Source: Trichodelitschia bisporula
Taxonomy: Eukaryota
Direction: 5' to 3'
NCBI GenBank assembly: GCA_010356995.1
Contig: ML996696.1
Coordinates: 64,364 to 128,363, forward strand
DNA: 64,000 nt
This document shows positions 1 to 10,994 of the stretch, piece after piece (the stretch's first letter is position 1; each line of letters starts with the position of its first letter). A model generated the notes under the pieces. The model did no database searches. It was not told the DNA's origin and saw only the letters and a list, made by a program, of their open reading frames with translations. A program made the position numbers and the translations under genes.

Positions 1-584
1 CTTCATCCTGGATAAACCAGACTTGGAAAAGCCGGAGGGGTGGGTGTTTTACATCCTGGCCACGTGGCCGATTCAGGGGGAGGAGGATGAGACAAATGCG
101 GAGAATAGGCTCGAGAGACTGAGGGCGAAGATGGGCGGGTGGGCGGATCCGTATAAGAGTGTTGTGGAGTGGTTGGATGATGGGGTGCAAATTGGGAGGG
201 ATGCGTTGCGGATTTGGCATCCGGTTCCGTGGGAGAATTTTGGGGGCAGGGTGAGTTTGGCGGGGGATGCGGCGCATAGGTACGTGCTTCCCTTTTCTTC
301 CCCCTCTCTTGGTCTTGGAGTAGACACTGATTTGATGCCGCAGTATGACGTTCCACCGCGGCCAAGGCGGGAATCTAGCCATCAAGGACGCACATGAGTT
401 TGTGGCTACGATGGTGAAGGTGCGCGATGGCATGCCGCTGGCAGATGCGATGCGCGTATATGACGAGGGGGTGAGGGAGAGGGGTGAGGAGGTGGAGATT
501 AGCAAGCAGCAGGCGATTGCGTTTCATGATTTTGAAAGGTTTTTGGAGAGTCCGGTTGTTCAGATGGGGATTAAGCCGAAGTAG
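1..584 (+). CDS. FAD-dependent monooxygenase (group A aromatic hydroxylase type), 3' part only; intron 280-343
   Basis: Splicing GTACGT(280)..CAG(343) gives RVSLAGDAAHSMTFHRGQGGNLAIKDA, the GD/DG fingerprint of group A flavin monooxygenases; stop TAG 582-584. Confidence 0.9.
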
Positions 585-924
585 GTGATGGGGGGGGGGG
601 GTAGGTTGGGGAGGGGTATTGGGGAAGGAGAGGGAGTAAAGGCATTTTTCGGTTTGTATGTTGTGTTAGAAGCATCGTGTGTTGGGAATTGGGCGAGACG
701 TAATGGGGCACTTTCGGTGTTTTTAATGCAATGGGCTTTCGTCAACTTCGAGAGTGTGCCGCTTGCACAAGATCCGAGGCCGCCTCGAAGAGGCCAATGC
801 TATTCCCTTCAAGTCACTCACACACATCACCACACAACACACCCAAGTTCAAAATCAATAAGCCTCAGAATTGCTACCAACCCCTCTCCCCCATTATCCA
901 CCCCCAACCAGGCTAGACCTAGCC

Positions 925-1259
925 CTAGTTGTAGCACCAGTTCGGGCGCCTATCACGCGGAATATCACGGCACTCGCCGCGGCGATCGCCCCGGTCGCGG
1001 TCGTGCTCGCACTCGCGGTAGCGGTGACGCTCGTCATCTGCCCCCTCAGTCAGCTCATTCACTTCCCCCTTCAGCCTACGTACAGGGAATCCGATCGCAC
1101 GCATCAGCCGTGAGTTCCGCAGCCGCGGCGCTGGCTTCGGCGGGCGCGGGGGCAGCGAAGGCGGTTGCGCTGCGCGGGTTAGCAGGTGAAGGGATTGTGG
1201 TGAGGGGGGAAGTACCCGAGGCCCAGGAGGGCGAGAAGGAGGGTCTTGGTGAGCTGCAT
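925..1259 (-). CDS. Small secreted cysteine-containing protein (~80 aa, 3 exons)
   Basis: ATG at 1259. Two canonical introns (GTACTT..GCTAAC..CAG and GTACGT..GCTGAC..CAG) give MQLTKTLLLALLGLGATAFAAPAPAEASAAAAELTADACDRIPYDERHRYRECEHDRDRGDRRGECRDIPRDRRPNWCYN*: signal peptide plus 4 Cys. Confidence 0.8.
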
Positions 1260-1583
1260 TTTGTACAGTGGAGTGCAAAGTCAAGGAAGGAATGTGTTTG
1301 CTGTGCTGTTGATGCTGTTAGGGACGAGAGACTGCGGTTTATATACCCGCGCCCGCGAGGCTGCGTCGCCACCAGTGGTGGTAGCCGGAGATCATGATGA
1401 TATTGCGTGTTGCGCGGCCTTGGACCTGGGAGGTGGATGAGGGGCAATATGGGAAGGGGGGATTGACGTAACCCGCTCTCTGGGGGGGGGGGAGTGGAAG
1501 GGACTAATTTTGGGGATAGAGATTTTTAGAGGAAACAGTGATTGCGTGTGAGGGCGCTGGTTTCCAGGGATTCAAACAAGCGT

Positions 1584-1612
1584 ACCCAAGCTTTTGACGA
1601 GAAAGCTTGGGT
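1584..1612. repeat. Perfect 11-bp inverted repeat with 7-nt spacer
   Basis: ACCCAAGCTTT-tgacgag-AAAGCTTGGGT, about 330 bp upstream of the small secreted protein ATG. Confidence 0.7.
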
Positions 1613-3570
1613 GAGGTTAATTAAGGCTTCTCTGGGCGTGGAGGTTCTGTGCCGTTAGCGTAGGGCTGATCCGAGGACACTGGGAATGTCGTGGGAAAGA
1701 GGCTGGGTGTATCTCCGTTGCGAAATATCTCCACTTCAATCAGATATTCGGAGGCTGGCAGCTCCGCAGAAGACGGCGGGCCGTTCTTTGTCGCTCTTCG
1801 CTGCTTTGTGCCATTTCATCTCCCCCGGCCCGGTTGCTTGTCGCGAGAATCCGGGGTAGCAGGGGCCTCATAAAGGTTCAATATCACAGCCAAGAATCGG
1901 ACACTTAGAGCAACTTGCGCTGCCGTCGCGCGTGTCCAGAGCACACAAAAGCCCGGAATTTCAGGACCTATTTCCAGCGCCTGGCTCCCGTACCCAGGCC
2001 GCGTCGACGGTCCGATATTGAGCCACATAATCATGTGTATCCGGGTCACTGAGTGAAAATCAAACAATCTGCGAATTTCAGGTCCCGTGTGTACACGTAG
2101 ATTCAATTTCTGCATTATTGCGCGCGGTTATGAGTGTTGTACCCGATACCGGCGGATTGGGCAGCCGGCGAATGGGCGGTGGGTGAGTCGGAAGACCTTG
2201 CGCTGAGGAAAATCCGTCTGCTTGATGGGAAGCAAGGAGGACTGAAGCCTCTGGAGAATCGACAGTAGCCACGGACCGGCGCGGGAGTGTGTTTGGGGGT
2301 TGATAGATTGATTAGCGTGACGTCTTAAGTAATTCATGTCAAACGAAACAAACGGATGATCCTTTCGCAAGAGGCTCTTTGTCCGGGCCGTGGAAGTCGC
2401 GAACTCGGCCGTATGGAGTGCGGGTGAGATTGCCGGGAGTGTGATCATCGTCGGTGGAGAAGGATACATGAGACGAGAAGACTTGGAGAGCGAGCGGATG
2501 TCGATGGGATGGAGAGACGTCACCGACGTTGGCGTCCCGGTGCGGGTCAGGCAGCACTAGATCGATGCCTTGAATCCCTCCCGAAGACGCTCAGCCGCCG
2601 ACGTCCCGACGGAGCTCGAGCTGCGAACATGTCGACACCGCGCTTCATCCACGGCTAACGTAACCCGCTAGGTAGCTGATCATACCCTTCTTCACCTTCG
2701 ATGTCTTACTCATTATCGTGCGCATACGGTGCACATCCTGCACGCCTGGTGAATGACAATACCCGTCCCGCCTCCGATCCATCGCGAAGCCATCCCGTAT
2801 GAACGCCTCATCGACGCCTCTTCGGCCAAATGCTCCGATTGAACCATTTTGATACCAGCCGGCATTCCATCCATCCAGCAGGATTGGTATCTGTCCCGCC
2901 ATCATCCCAGCCAGCCAGCCACACGCGGATATCGAAATAAGTGTCACACGAGCCCGCTTCCACACTGTTAGACCGACGGGACCGCGACGACGATACAGCC
3001 ACAACGAGCGATAGATAAATGTACAAACTCAGCCTAGAGATACAAGTTGATGCTAAGACTGCGGCTGAAAATTTAATTTAAATTCCTTTATGTTGATGCG
3101 AGCTGATATTCTTTCTCAAGCTTCATTGTGTGTAATACCTATTTCCATCTCCGCGTGCCAGCCACCATTGAATACCTCGGAATCCCTTTTTCTCTCATCT
3201 CTCAGGGAGTACTTATCGCAGACCAGTGAGTTACAGATCAGACTTCGATTCGATTTTCGGCGCTTGGTTGATGCATGAAGATCCCAAATGCGGCGCAGTT
3301 TTGACCGCATACGGTTATTGCGGCGAGGCGGAACACGCTGCTGGTTTACGAGCACGGCGTCACTAGCTCCATGCCTATGGCCTGTGATGTAACGCGAGCA
3401 GGAGCATTTCCATGTCAGAAAGAAACGGGTTGAACACGATGTAATGTGCTCATGGCCGAAAGAAGGAGCGACCCACGATATCACGTAGAACTACATATTC
3501 TCTCTCGCCTCCAACTCTCCTCTTCTCTCTATCATCAGCCTCATTTCCTCAATTTGCACTGATATAAAAA

Positions 3571-4152
3571 ATGCACATATCAAAAGCCTTACTCCCATTA
3601 GCCCTAGCCGGCGCCGTCCTCGGCTACACCGTCCCCGCCTCGACGCCCCTCTACCGCGTCAGCATTTACTACAAGCGCCTCCCCAACCTCACAGAAGAAG
3701 CATTCCTCGACCATTGGCACAAAATCCACGGCCCGCTCTGCGCGCCATGGCTGGTCAAATACGGCGTTGCCGACTACCAGCAGGTAAGCCGCTTTCCTTC
3801 CCTCCCGCCCGTCCCCGGCTAAGCAGCCCAGTTCCACACCCCCTCCCTCCAGCGCGCCGAATTCGCCGCAGACAGCAACCGCACCTTCAGCGCCCCCGTC
3901 CCATTTGACGGCGAAGCCGCCTTCCTAGTCGCAGACTGGCGGCGCTTCATGTCCGGCTTCAACGACCCGTACTACATGGACGTAATCCGGCCCGACGAGG
4001 AGAAATTCGCAGACGAGAAAGATGCCCTAGGCATTGGCCAGAGCGCGCTCGTCATGGCGCTGGTTACCAGGCCCAACTACATTGTCAAGGATGGGAAGAT
4101 CGTGGTGCCTGTCTCGGCGGAGGTTGAGGAGAAGTGGGCGCAGTATAATTAG
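3571..4152 (+). CDS. EthD-family dimeric alpha/beta-barrel protein with N-terminal signal-peptide-like segment; intron 3784-3831
   Basis: KRLPNLTEEAFLDHWHKIHGPL, YQQ|FHT, FDG and DPYYMDVIRPDEEKF match the EthD pattern; N-terminus MHISKALLPLALAGAVLG is hydrophobic. Confidence 0.85.
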
Positions 4153-4167
4153 CTATTTGAGCTTGGT

Positions 4168-5279
4168 CTAGAAGATGGCCAGCGCGTTAGCCTTGCTCCC
4201 AATGCTCCCTGGTTCCGTTAGTGACCGCTCAAAAATCCCATATCAGACTCACCAGGCACCGCATCCGGCGCAGCACTCAGCAAAAACGTCCACCGCCCCT
4301 CCCGGTGACACTTCTCCACCACCCCCTCCAAATCAAACAACTCCCCAATCGGCATCCCCCACCGTGGCAACATGTGCGCATGCAACACATTCTCCTTCCC
4401 CGGCGGCCACGCCTCCAACGCAATACAATCCGCCGCCGCCGCCGCGAAGTAATTATCATGCAAAAAATCCAGCATCTCGGGACTTTGCTCCAGGCCCGCA
4501 AATTCATAGTCGTATACCCCCTTGATATTCGCGAGTGCTTCCCGTTTCTCCTGGCTCATGGCGCGGTACTGTGCGATCCACCCCGTGCGAATGAGCAGGA
4601 TGTCGCCGATGCGGAATTCAACCCCTTGTGCCGCGGCGGTGGATTGCACTTCCTTCAGCGTGATGGGGCGCGTGGTGAAGGCGTCGATTTGCTCGTCCAG
4701 ATGCCCGTATACATCGAGGAGCACCGCCCGCCCTACAATCCCCTCTTTAGCCCACGCCCCCGCCCCGCACCGCGTGGACGCCAGACTCCCATCTTCCTTC
4801 CTCGCATCTATTTCATCGATCGTAACCTTTGCCCGTTAGCCCCTTCCCCTCCATTGTATCCACATTATCCCCCCTTCCAAGGGGGCACTACGCACCCCGT
4901 TGTAAAATTGCAGCGTCTCCGGCTCCGCCACATGCCGAAACCCATCCCACTGACTCCCACTCTGCGGATTGAGCAAGTAGGTCTCGTCATACCCCCCCAC
5001 GCCTAACTTCAAAATCTTGTGCTCGAAGGCGGCGCGCCCGAAGAGCGGGGGGGAGGGAAAGGTGAGGGGGAGATCCATGCTGATGACGGTCCCGTCGCGG
5101 ACGTTCTCCCGGGTGGTCTGTTGGAGGCGTTCGGGGGTGAGGAGATTCAATCGACCACGCTCATCATCCTTTCCCCAGAACCAGGCTGCCCCTGGCGGGG
5201 TGCCGGGGATGGAAGGGAGCTCCGCGCGTTTCGGGAAGTCGGAGAGGAGGCCGTTGGGGTTGAACTTCATTGTAGACAT
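4168..5279 (-). CDS. Putative cyclase (kynurenine formamidase-like metal hydrolase family); introns 4827-4895 and 4209-4252
   Basis: Motifs WFWGKDDERGRLNLLTP, NPQSGSQWDGFRH, GIVGRAVLLD, GDILLIRTGW, WGMPIGELFDLE; splicing gives terminal GSIGSKANALAIF*. Confidence 0.9.
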
Positions 5280-5390
5280 TGTTGCTAGTCGATAGTGTGC
5301 GCTCCATGATCACGAAGCCCGGTGAGTCTTTTATGATAAATTGATTCCATGCGGATATGCGAATCCGCGATCGCTGATGTCACCCCTACA

Positions 5391-5469
5391 TACCCCGCAT
5401 TCAGGGTGAAGTACAGCAACGCGGGGTAAGCCGCGATCAATCTTATCGATCTTCCCCGCAATTCAGGGT
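5391..5469. promoter_or_regulatory. Cluster of three SYGGRG (CreA/Mig1-type) sites in the cyclase promoter
   Basis: CCCCGC 5393-5398, GCGGGG 5421-5426, CCCCGC 5454-5459. TACCCCGC/GCGGGGTA form an inverted pair and CCCCGCA(A)TTCAGGGT is directly repeated. Confidence 0.45.
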
Positions 5470-5556
5470 TCCCCATTTCCGCCTTCGAACACCTTCACGT
5501 GACATTCTCCATTCTTTGACTTTCAGCCTTTGCTTCAGCCTTCATCCCAATCTCCT

Positions 5557-6388
5557 TTAGCAAACCTGCCCCCCATCAATAACATGCACCGCCCCGGTAA
5601 TAAAACTACTATCCTCACTCAACAAAAACGCAATCAAGCGCGCCACCTCCCCCGGCTCCGCCTTCCGCCCCAACGCCTGCCTCTCCATAATCCCCTCAAT
5701 CCCCCTCGTCATCTTCTCGCTCAGCGTATTCACCATTGGCGTCGAAATAATGCCCCTGTTTCCACATTAGCTCTCTCCCCCCCAAATAAAAACCATCCTC
5801 CACAACTCACGGCGCAATAGCATTAACCCTAATCCCCTTCCTACCAACCTCCTTCGCCGCACTCCGCGTAAGCCCAACAACACCATGCTTCGCAGCAGAG
5901 TAATTCGCATTCGCCGCATTTCCCTCGATCCCCGCAGTGCTCGCCACGGTGACTATACTCCCCTTCTCCACGCCCGCCTTCTCCATAGCCCGAATCTGCG
6001 CCCTCAGCGCATAAAAGACACCCGTGAGGTTAACATCGATCAAAAACGCCCACTCCTCATCACTCAACTGGCTAACATCATGTTCACCAATATTCTTCCC
6101 CACAACACCCGCCAGATTCGCAGCCCCGTCCAGGCGGCCGAATTTTTCAACGGTGCCGGCGATCCAGGCGTCGACGGCGGCGCTGGAGCGCACGTCGGTC
6201 ACGGTGCTGAAGACACGGTCCACGCCGCCGGAGCTGGTAATTTCGGCGACAGCGGCGTCGAGCGGCCTCTTGTTGATATCCGTGAGGGAGAGGGCGCAGC
6301 CGAGGGAGAAGAGGTGGTGGGCTGTTGCGAGACCCATGCCGGAGGCGGCGCCGGAGATGGCGATGACTTTGCCTGCGAGGTTGGACAT
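5557..6388 (-). CDS. Classical short-chain dehydrogenase/reductase; intron 5756-5810
   Basis: SGAASGMG Rossmann motif, NLAG, catalytic YSAAK, IRVNAIAP|GIIST, C-terminal FITGAVHVIDGG. Confidence 0.93.
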
Positions 6389-6881
6389 TGTGCTTTGTTT
6401 TTGATTTTTGGGGGGGTTGATGCGGAGGGTGGGTTTAAGTATGCTGTTCGTTGCGGAAATGTAGTTTCGAGTATTTGGTCCCGTGTTGTGGTTGAGGCGG
6501 TAAACGTTTACCATGTCGGATGGGACGGCACATGTCATTGGCTGGTGGGGCTAGGCTGAGGGACAGCCTTGTGCGGTGGGTTCCGTTCACAAAGTTGGAG
6601 AAAGAAACAATGCAGCCTTTGTTGCTTCGTTCACAATCAGTTACAAAGACTCACAAAATGGAGTTCGACACTCACTTTGACGAACAGTTTCCTGTTCACA
6701 AACTACTCCGCATCTGCACATATAAAATCGGCCATGTCCCGCCTCCTCCAAAGAGGCATCAGCACACCTGCACCGGAACAACAAAGGGAACAGCCAACAG
6801 CTCCACTCGACCATCTTCCCGCACAGCCACCCTCTTTTGTAGGCACCACCCCTCAAGCCCACCTAACACCAGCTCTTCACC

Positions 6882-8945
6882 ATGGCCCCCAAATTCGAGT
6901 ACTCCAACGAGGATCCCCTCGACCAATCCCCAGGCGGTCTCCGAAACGCCGAAGACTTCGACTTGTTGCACTCCAGACGAGCCACCCGAGCAGAAGACCG
7001 CGATCGGCTGGCCGACCGGTTCGAACGCATGGACGTGTGGGATCGGACCCCGTCCCGGCGGCCCGGGACCGAACGTGCTGTTCCCCGCGACTACAATGTG
7101 AGAGAGGAGGCACCCCAAATCCGTCGGGTCCCAGTGGCCGATCGCAATAACCGCGGTCCGCCCCGCCAAGCTCCCCGCGACAAGGTAAGAGAAGAAGCAC
7201 CCCGATGCCGTCGGGTCCCACCGCCCGATTATAACTACGACGGCTCTCCCCGCGAAGATCCCCGTGACGACAAGGTAAGAGGGGAATCGCTCCGAGACCG
7301 TCGCGCCCCACCGCACGATGCGCGCGACTACGAGGTAAGAGGGGAACTCCCCCGAGACCGTCGCGCCCCACCGCCCGCGCCGCGCGACTATAATGCAAAG
7401 GAGGTAAAACCCACAGGCCTTCGGCGTCCCCTTCCCAAGCAGGAGAACGACGACACCCCTCCCCGCAAACCCAGGCCTCCCGCACCTCGAGCTGCCGAAC
7501 CCAAGCCCGCGTTCAAGCGCCCTATATATCCACCCTACGAAGCGAAGTACCGGGTGCCGGACGCAGCACCCTTTGAGCCTGCGTCCGACAATCCCCGGCG
7601 CGAGCCTCGAGAGCGCCCTGCCTTCCGCCACGCCAGTCACAAGGCAAGGGAGGCGGAGCCCCAGTGGGCGGAGCCTAAGAGGGCGCCGCGGCCGCGGACA
7701 CCGCCGAAGCGGGAGGGGCGTCCGATGGAGGACCGCCGGAGGGAAGAACGCCCAAGAGAAAAGCGCCCTAAGGAAGAAAGCCCAAGAGACGACCGCCCAA
7801 GGGCAGAGCCTAAGCCCGAGGGACGGGATGCGCGCCCCGGCGTAGAGCCGGCTCCTGCTGCAGCTGCTGAGCGTGACCCGGAGATCGCAGTAATTACTGC
7901 TACCGAATTCATGCACAAATCAGTCTACCTCAAGACCATAGGGGAGGGCGGCGAAGGCAAGGCCCAGCTGTGGGAGTGGAATCCCCACCGCAAAAACAAG
8001 AAAAATCGGCTGTATGCTGTAATCAAGGTGGTCAAGTCTAAGAAGAACTCATATGGCAAGACACCTGCTGAAGTCAAGGCGCTGGAGCGCATCGCCAAGT
8101 TCAAGCATCGGGCCATCATCACCTACTTCGGGTGGTCGCCGGATTGTCCAGTTTCGGGGTGCAATTCCATTGTCCTGGAGTACATGGACATGGGGGATTT
8201 GTACCGGATGAAGTATAAGGCGGTTGAAAAAGAGGTTGCTGTTCCAGAATATTATATCTGGAATATCTTTCGGCAAGTTGCTGCGGCCCTGGCCTTCCTC
8301 CATGTCGGCCATTCGACGGAGTACCACAATACTCCCGAATGGCGGCCAATGGTGCACCATGACCTCAAGCCGGAGAATATCCTGGTGAGGTATCGCTCAA
8401 ATAACCGTCTCCCTCTCGTCAAGCTCACTGACTTCGGTATGGCCGAGCCGCGGAATTCCCTGCTGGATGGCGATAAGAGCATGCACGGCACCCCGCACTA
8501 TCAACCTCCAGAGAACGTCTACACCGCTGCTGCCGATGTCTGGGGCCTCGGCGCCGTCATCCACTGGCTGTGCCTAGGCGAGGGCCCAGTCGATGGACGC
8601 GGCAAAGAGGAGGCGATCTTGGCTGACAAAAACAAAGATTTGGAATGGCGTCTCCCCCGGCGGGTCCTGCGGATCGACCACGCGCCTCATGTACGGGGTA
8701 CTCAGTATCCCAGAGGCACGGCAGATCAGCCGTGGGAAGGTGTGTACTCCAAGCTGCTGGCGGACTGTCTCCATCTAACACTTCGACCAGAGATGACCAA
8801 GCGGATTACAGCATACGACTGCCTAGTGACAGTGGAAGGCAACTTCCGCTATTACTATAATTTGGCCAATCTTGACACGAAGAACTTCGAGAAAATCATC
8901 CGGGGGTCCAAAGTGTTCGATGTGATGCGCGCTAACCCCAAGTAG
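6882..8945 (+). CDS. Intronless Ser/Thr protein kinase (NIMA/Nek-like fungal type, non-RD) with repetitive charged N-terminus
   Basis: 687-aa ORF with GEGGEG, VIK, HHDLKPEN, DFG, GTPHYQPPE and DVWGLG; IWNIFRQVAAALAFLH resembles the NIMA group. Confidence 0.88.
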   Translation: MAPKFEYSNEDPLDQSPGGLRNAEDFDLLHSRRATRAEDRDRLADRFERMDVWDRTPSRRPGTERAVPRDYNVREEAPQIRRVPVADRNNRGPPRQAPRDKVREEAPRCRRVPPPDYNYDGSPREDPRDDKVRGESLRDRRAPPHDARDYEVRGELPRDRRAPPPAPRDYNAKEVKPTGLRRPLPKQENDDTPPRKPRPPAPRAAEPKPAFKRPIYPPYEAKYRVPDAAPFEPASDNPRREPRERPAFRHASHKAREAEPQWAEPKRAPRPRTPPKREGRPMEDRRREERPREKRPKEESPRDDRPRAEPKPEGRDARPGVEPAPAAAAERDPEIAVITATEFMHKSVYLKTIGEGGEGKAQLWEWNPHRKNKKNRLYAVIKVVKSKKNSYGKTPAEVKALERIAKFKHRAIITYFGWSPDCPVSGCNSIVLEYMDMGDLYRMKYKAVEKEVAVPEYYIWNIFRQVAAALAFLHVGHSTEYHNTPEWRPMVHHDLKPENILVRYRSNNRLPLVKLTDFGMAEPRNSLLDGDKSMHGTPHYQPPENVYTAAADVWGLGAVIHWLCLGEGPVDGRGKEEAILADKNKDLEWRLPRRVLRIDHAPHVRGTQYPRGTADQPWEGVYSKLLADCLHLTLRPEMTKRITAYDCLVTVEGNFRYYYNLANLDTKNFEKIIRGSKVFDVMRANPK
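7080..7410 (+). repeat. Coding tandem repeats in the kinase N-terminus
   Basis: PRDYNVREEAPQIRRVP / PRDKVREEAPRCRRVP / PRDDKVRGESLRDRRAP / ARDYEVRGELPRDRRAP / PRDYNAKE. Confidence 0.85.
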
Positions 8946-9500
8946 GCGGGATCGAGGCTGAGGTTGGGTATATAAGGAAGAAAGCCGGTCGGAGAACGCC
9001 GTCTGCTGCTCCTTTAACCACACAAATGTTAGCTTCCACTTGACTTAATATAAATGTGAATGATGACAAACCCGTGCAGCTCCGAAGAAGTCACGACCAA
9101 TGTGATGTGGACGATAACCCAGCGATGACCCTCCCGCTCAAAGGACATACTTATATCCTGCCGGCCGATAGAGAATCGTGCTGGCGGAGTGCGAGATGTG
9201 ATGCATGACCTGAAGTAGGCGGAATCGAGGTCAGTATATAATGGAGAATGCCGGTCGGAAAACACCCTCTGCTGCTTTTCTAGCCAGACGAATGTTAGCT
9301 TCCACTTGACTTGATATGAATATGAGTGATGGCAGACCCAGTGCGCCTTGATATAAATGTGATTGTTGACGACCCCGTGCGACTTCAAAGGAGTGACGAC
9401 AAATGTGACAATAGACGATAACCCAGCAATGAGCCGCTCGCTCAAAGGACATGCTTGTATCCCGCCGGCCGACAAAGAACCGTCCGTGCCGAGTGCGAGA
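8918..9500. repeat. Diverged ~280-bp tandem duplication including the kinase stop and 3' UTR
   Basis: GATGTGATGC..AAGTAGGCGG.ATCGAGG, GCCGGTCGGA, AATGTTAGCTTCCACTTGACTT, GACGATAACCCAGC and CGCTCAAAGGACAT each occur twice in the same order. Confidence 0.9.
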
Positions 9501-10219
9501 GAAGAAGACCATTTCCCTCAAGACACGGCCGGGAACGTGTTAAGATTGAGATGCTCCGGTGCCTGTGTCGTGCTTCTCCTCTTTGTTTCTCGAGTAGCAA
9601 GTTCCCGCCCTGTGCCAGTAGCCTGCGTTCTCGTTGGCCATCTGTTTCTCAACTCATCGCCCGCCTTCTTCCGCCCCCGTATGCGGAGTGGTATACCTTT
9701 GCTGACAGAGCCGTAGAGAGTTTAGTGTAGTGCGAAGAGAAGAGAATATGATGAAAGCTGGCTCTGATTTGAAGAAAGCTCTGGTGAGGTTTGAATCAGC
9801 TCCTGAGCGCCAAGTTTCGGACGAGGAAGGCACGATGGTGAGGGGTCCATGCTCTAACCGTGGCCCAGCAGAGCACGCGGGTTCGATTCCCTCTAATAAG
9901 CCGGACACGTCGAGCACCTCTCCATGTTGCGGTGCCAAAATTCTGAGCTCAAATTCTATTATTAGCGAGGCTAAACCGCCGCAACGGTGACCGCAAGGCG
10001 TAAAGCCGTGTAAGTGCGGGCAGGTTCTAGTTCTAGGTGCCGAAATCTGAATCAGGACCTGATTCATCGAGCATCACGATGCAATTTCTTTTTCCTTGCA
10101 TCTCCGCAACGAATATTTTGATCTCCTTCGGTCGCATTGAAAGTTCACACCATATAATCCCAGCGATAACACGTAAAGACATGAGCAATGATATGTGAAG
10201 AATGTTATCCACCATGAAC

Positions 10220-10720
10220 CTGAGACATGAAGAAAGGTATCCGCCGTGAACGCAAGAGGGGTATCTTTCATGAAGGCGGGAAGAAAGGCATCCGCCTGAA
10301 CGCAAGAAGGCTATCTGCCATAAGCGCCAGACATGAAGGGTATCCGACCATAACGTGAGATATCTAAGTGCCCAGTCCCGATAAGCCAAGTATGCAGCGG
10401 CCAACAACGCCGGAATATCCAACACCATCACGGAATATACATGACAACGCCCAGGTCAACGGACCAGATACAGAAGAGAGAGGGACTAGCCCTTGATATC
10501 CGACGCCACCGGTTTGGGGGGTATCTGAGGGTAGTTAGCAATGGAACTCATTAAACGTTGCACCGAAGCGAACGGATGCATGATGGAAGAGAGGGATGAT
10601 GAAAGAACATCACGATGAAGGAAGAATACCATGATGAAGGAAGAACATCATGATGAAGGAAGAACATCAAGATGAAGGAAGAACATTATGATGCGTGAAG
10701 CCACGCATAGAAGCAATGAT
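10220..10720. repeat. Degenerate ~50-bp repeats (10220-10350) and ~20-bp minisatellite (10580-10720)
   Basis: AAGAAAGG.ATCCGCC.TGAACGCAAGA x2; (ATGATGAAGGAAGAACATC)-like unit about 5 times. Confidence 0.8.
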
Positions 10721-10994
10721 GGAAAAGCACTTACACTATGGTACAGCAAGTACAACATTCTCAGCACCATGACTAGAAGATCACGAAGTCTAATAAGGAT
10801 CAGTAAAGAAGCAAGACCAAGTGATGAAGAACTCACGATGTGTTCCACCACAGTACGCCATCACCTGTTTCCAATCATCGACACCAAGTGTCAAATGCTG
10901 AAGAGGAGTCAGTACAAGAAGAAGAGGTAAGCAAAGGAAGCATACAAAGATTTCCACCACAGTATGCCACCACATGTTACTAGATCACGAGGAT

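Noticed and set aside
585..1397. 270-aa plus-strand ORF
   Set aside because: Overlaps the monooxygenase 3' UTR and is antisense to the better-supported spliced secreted peptide gene.
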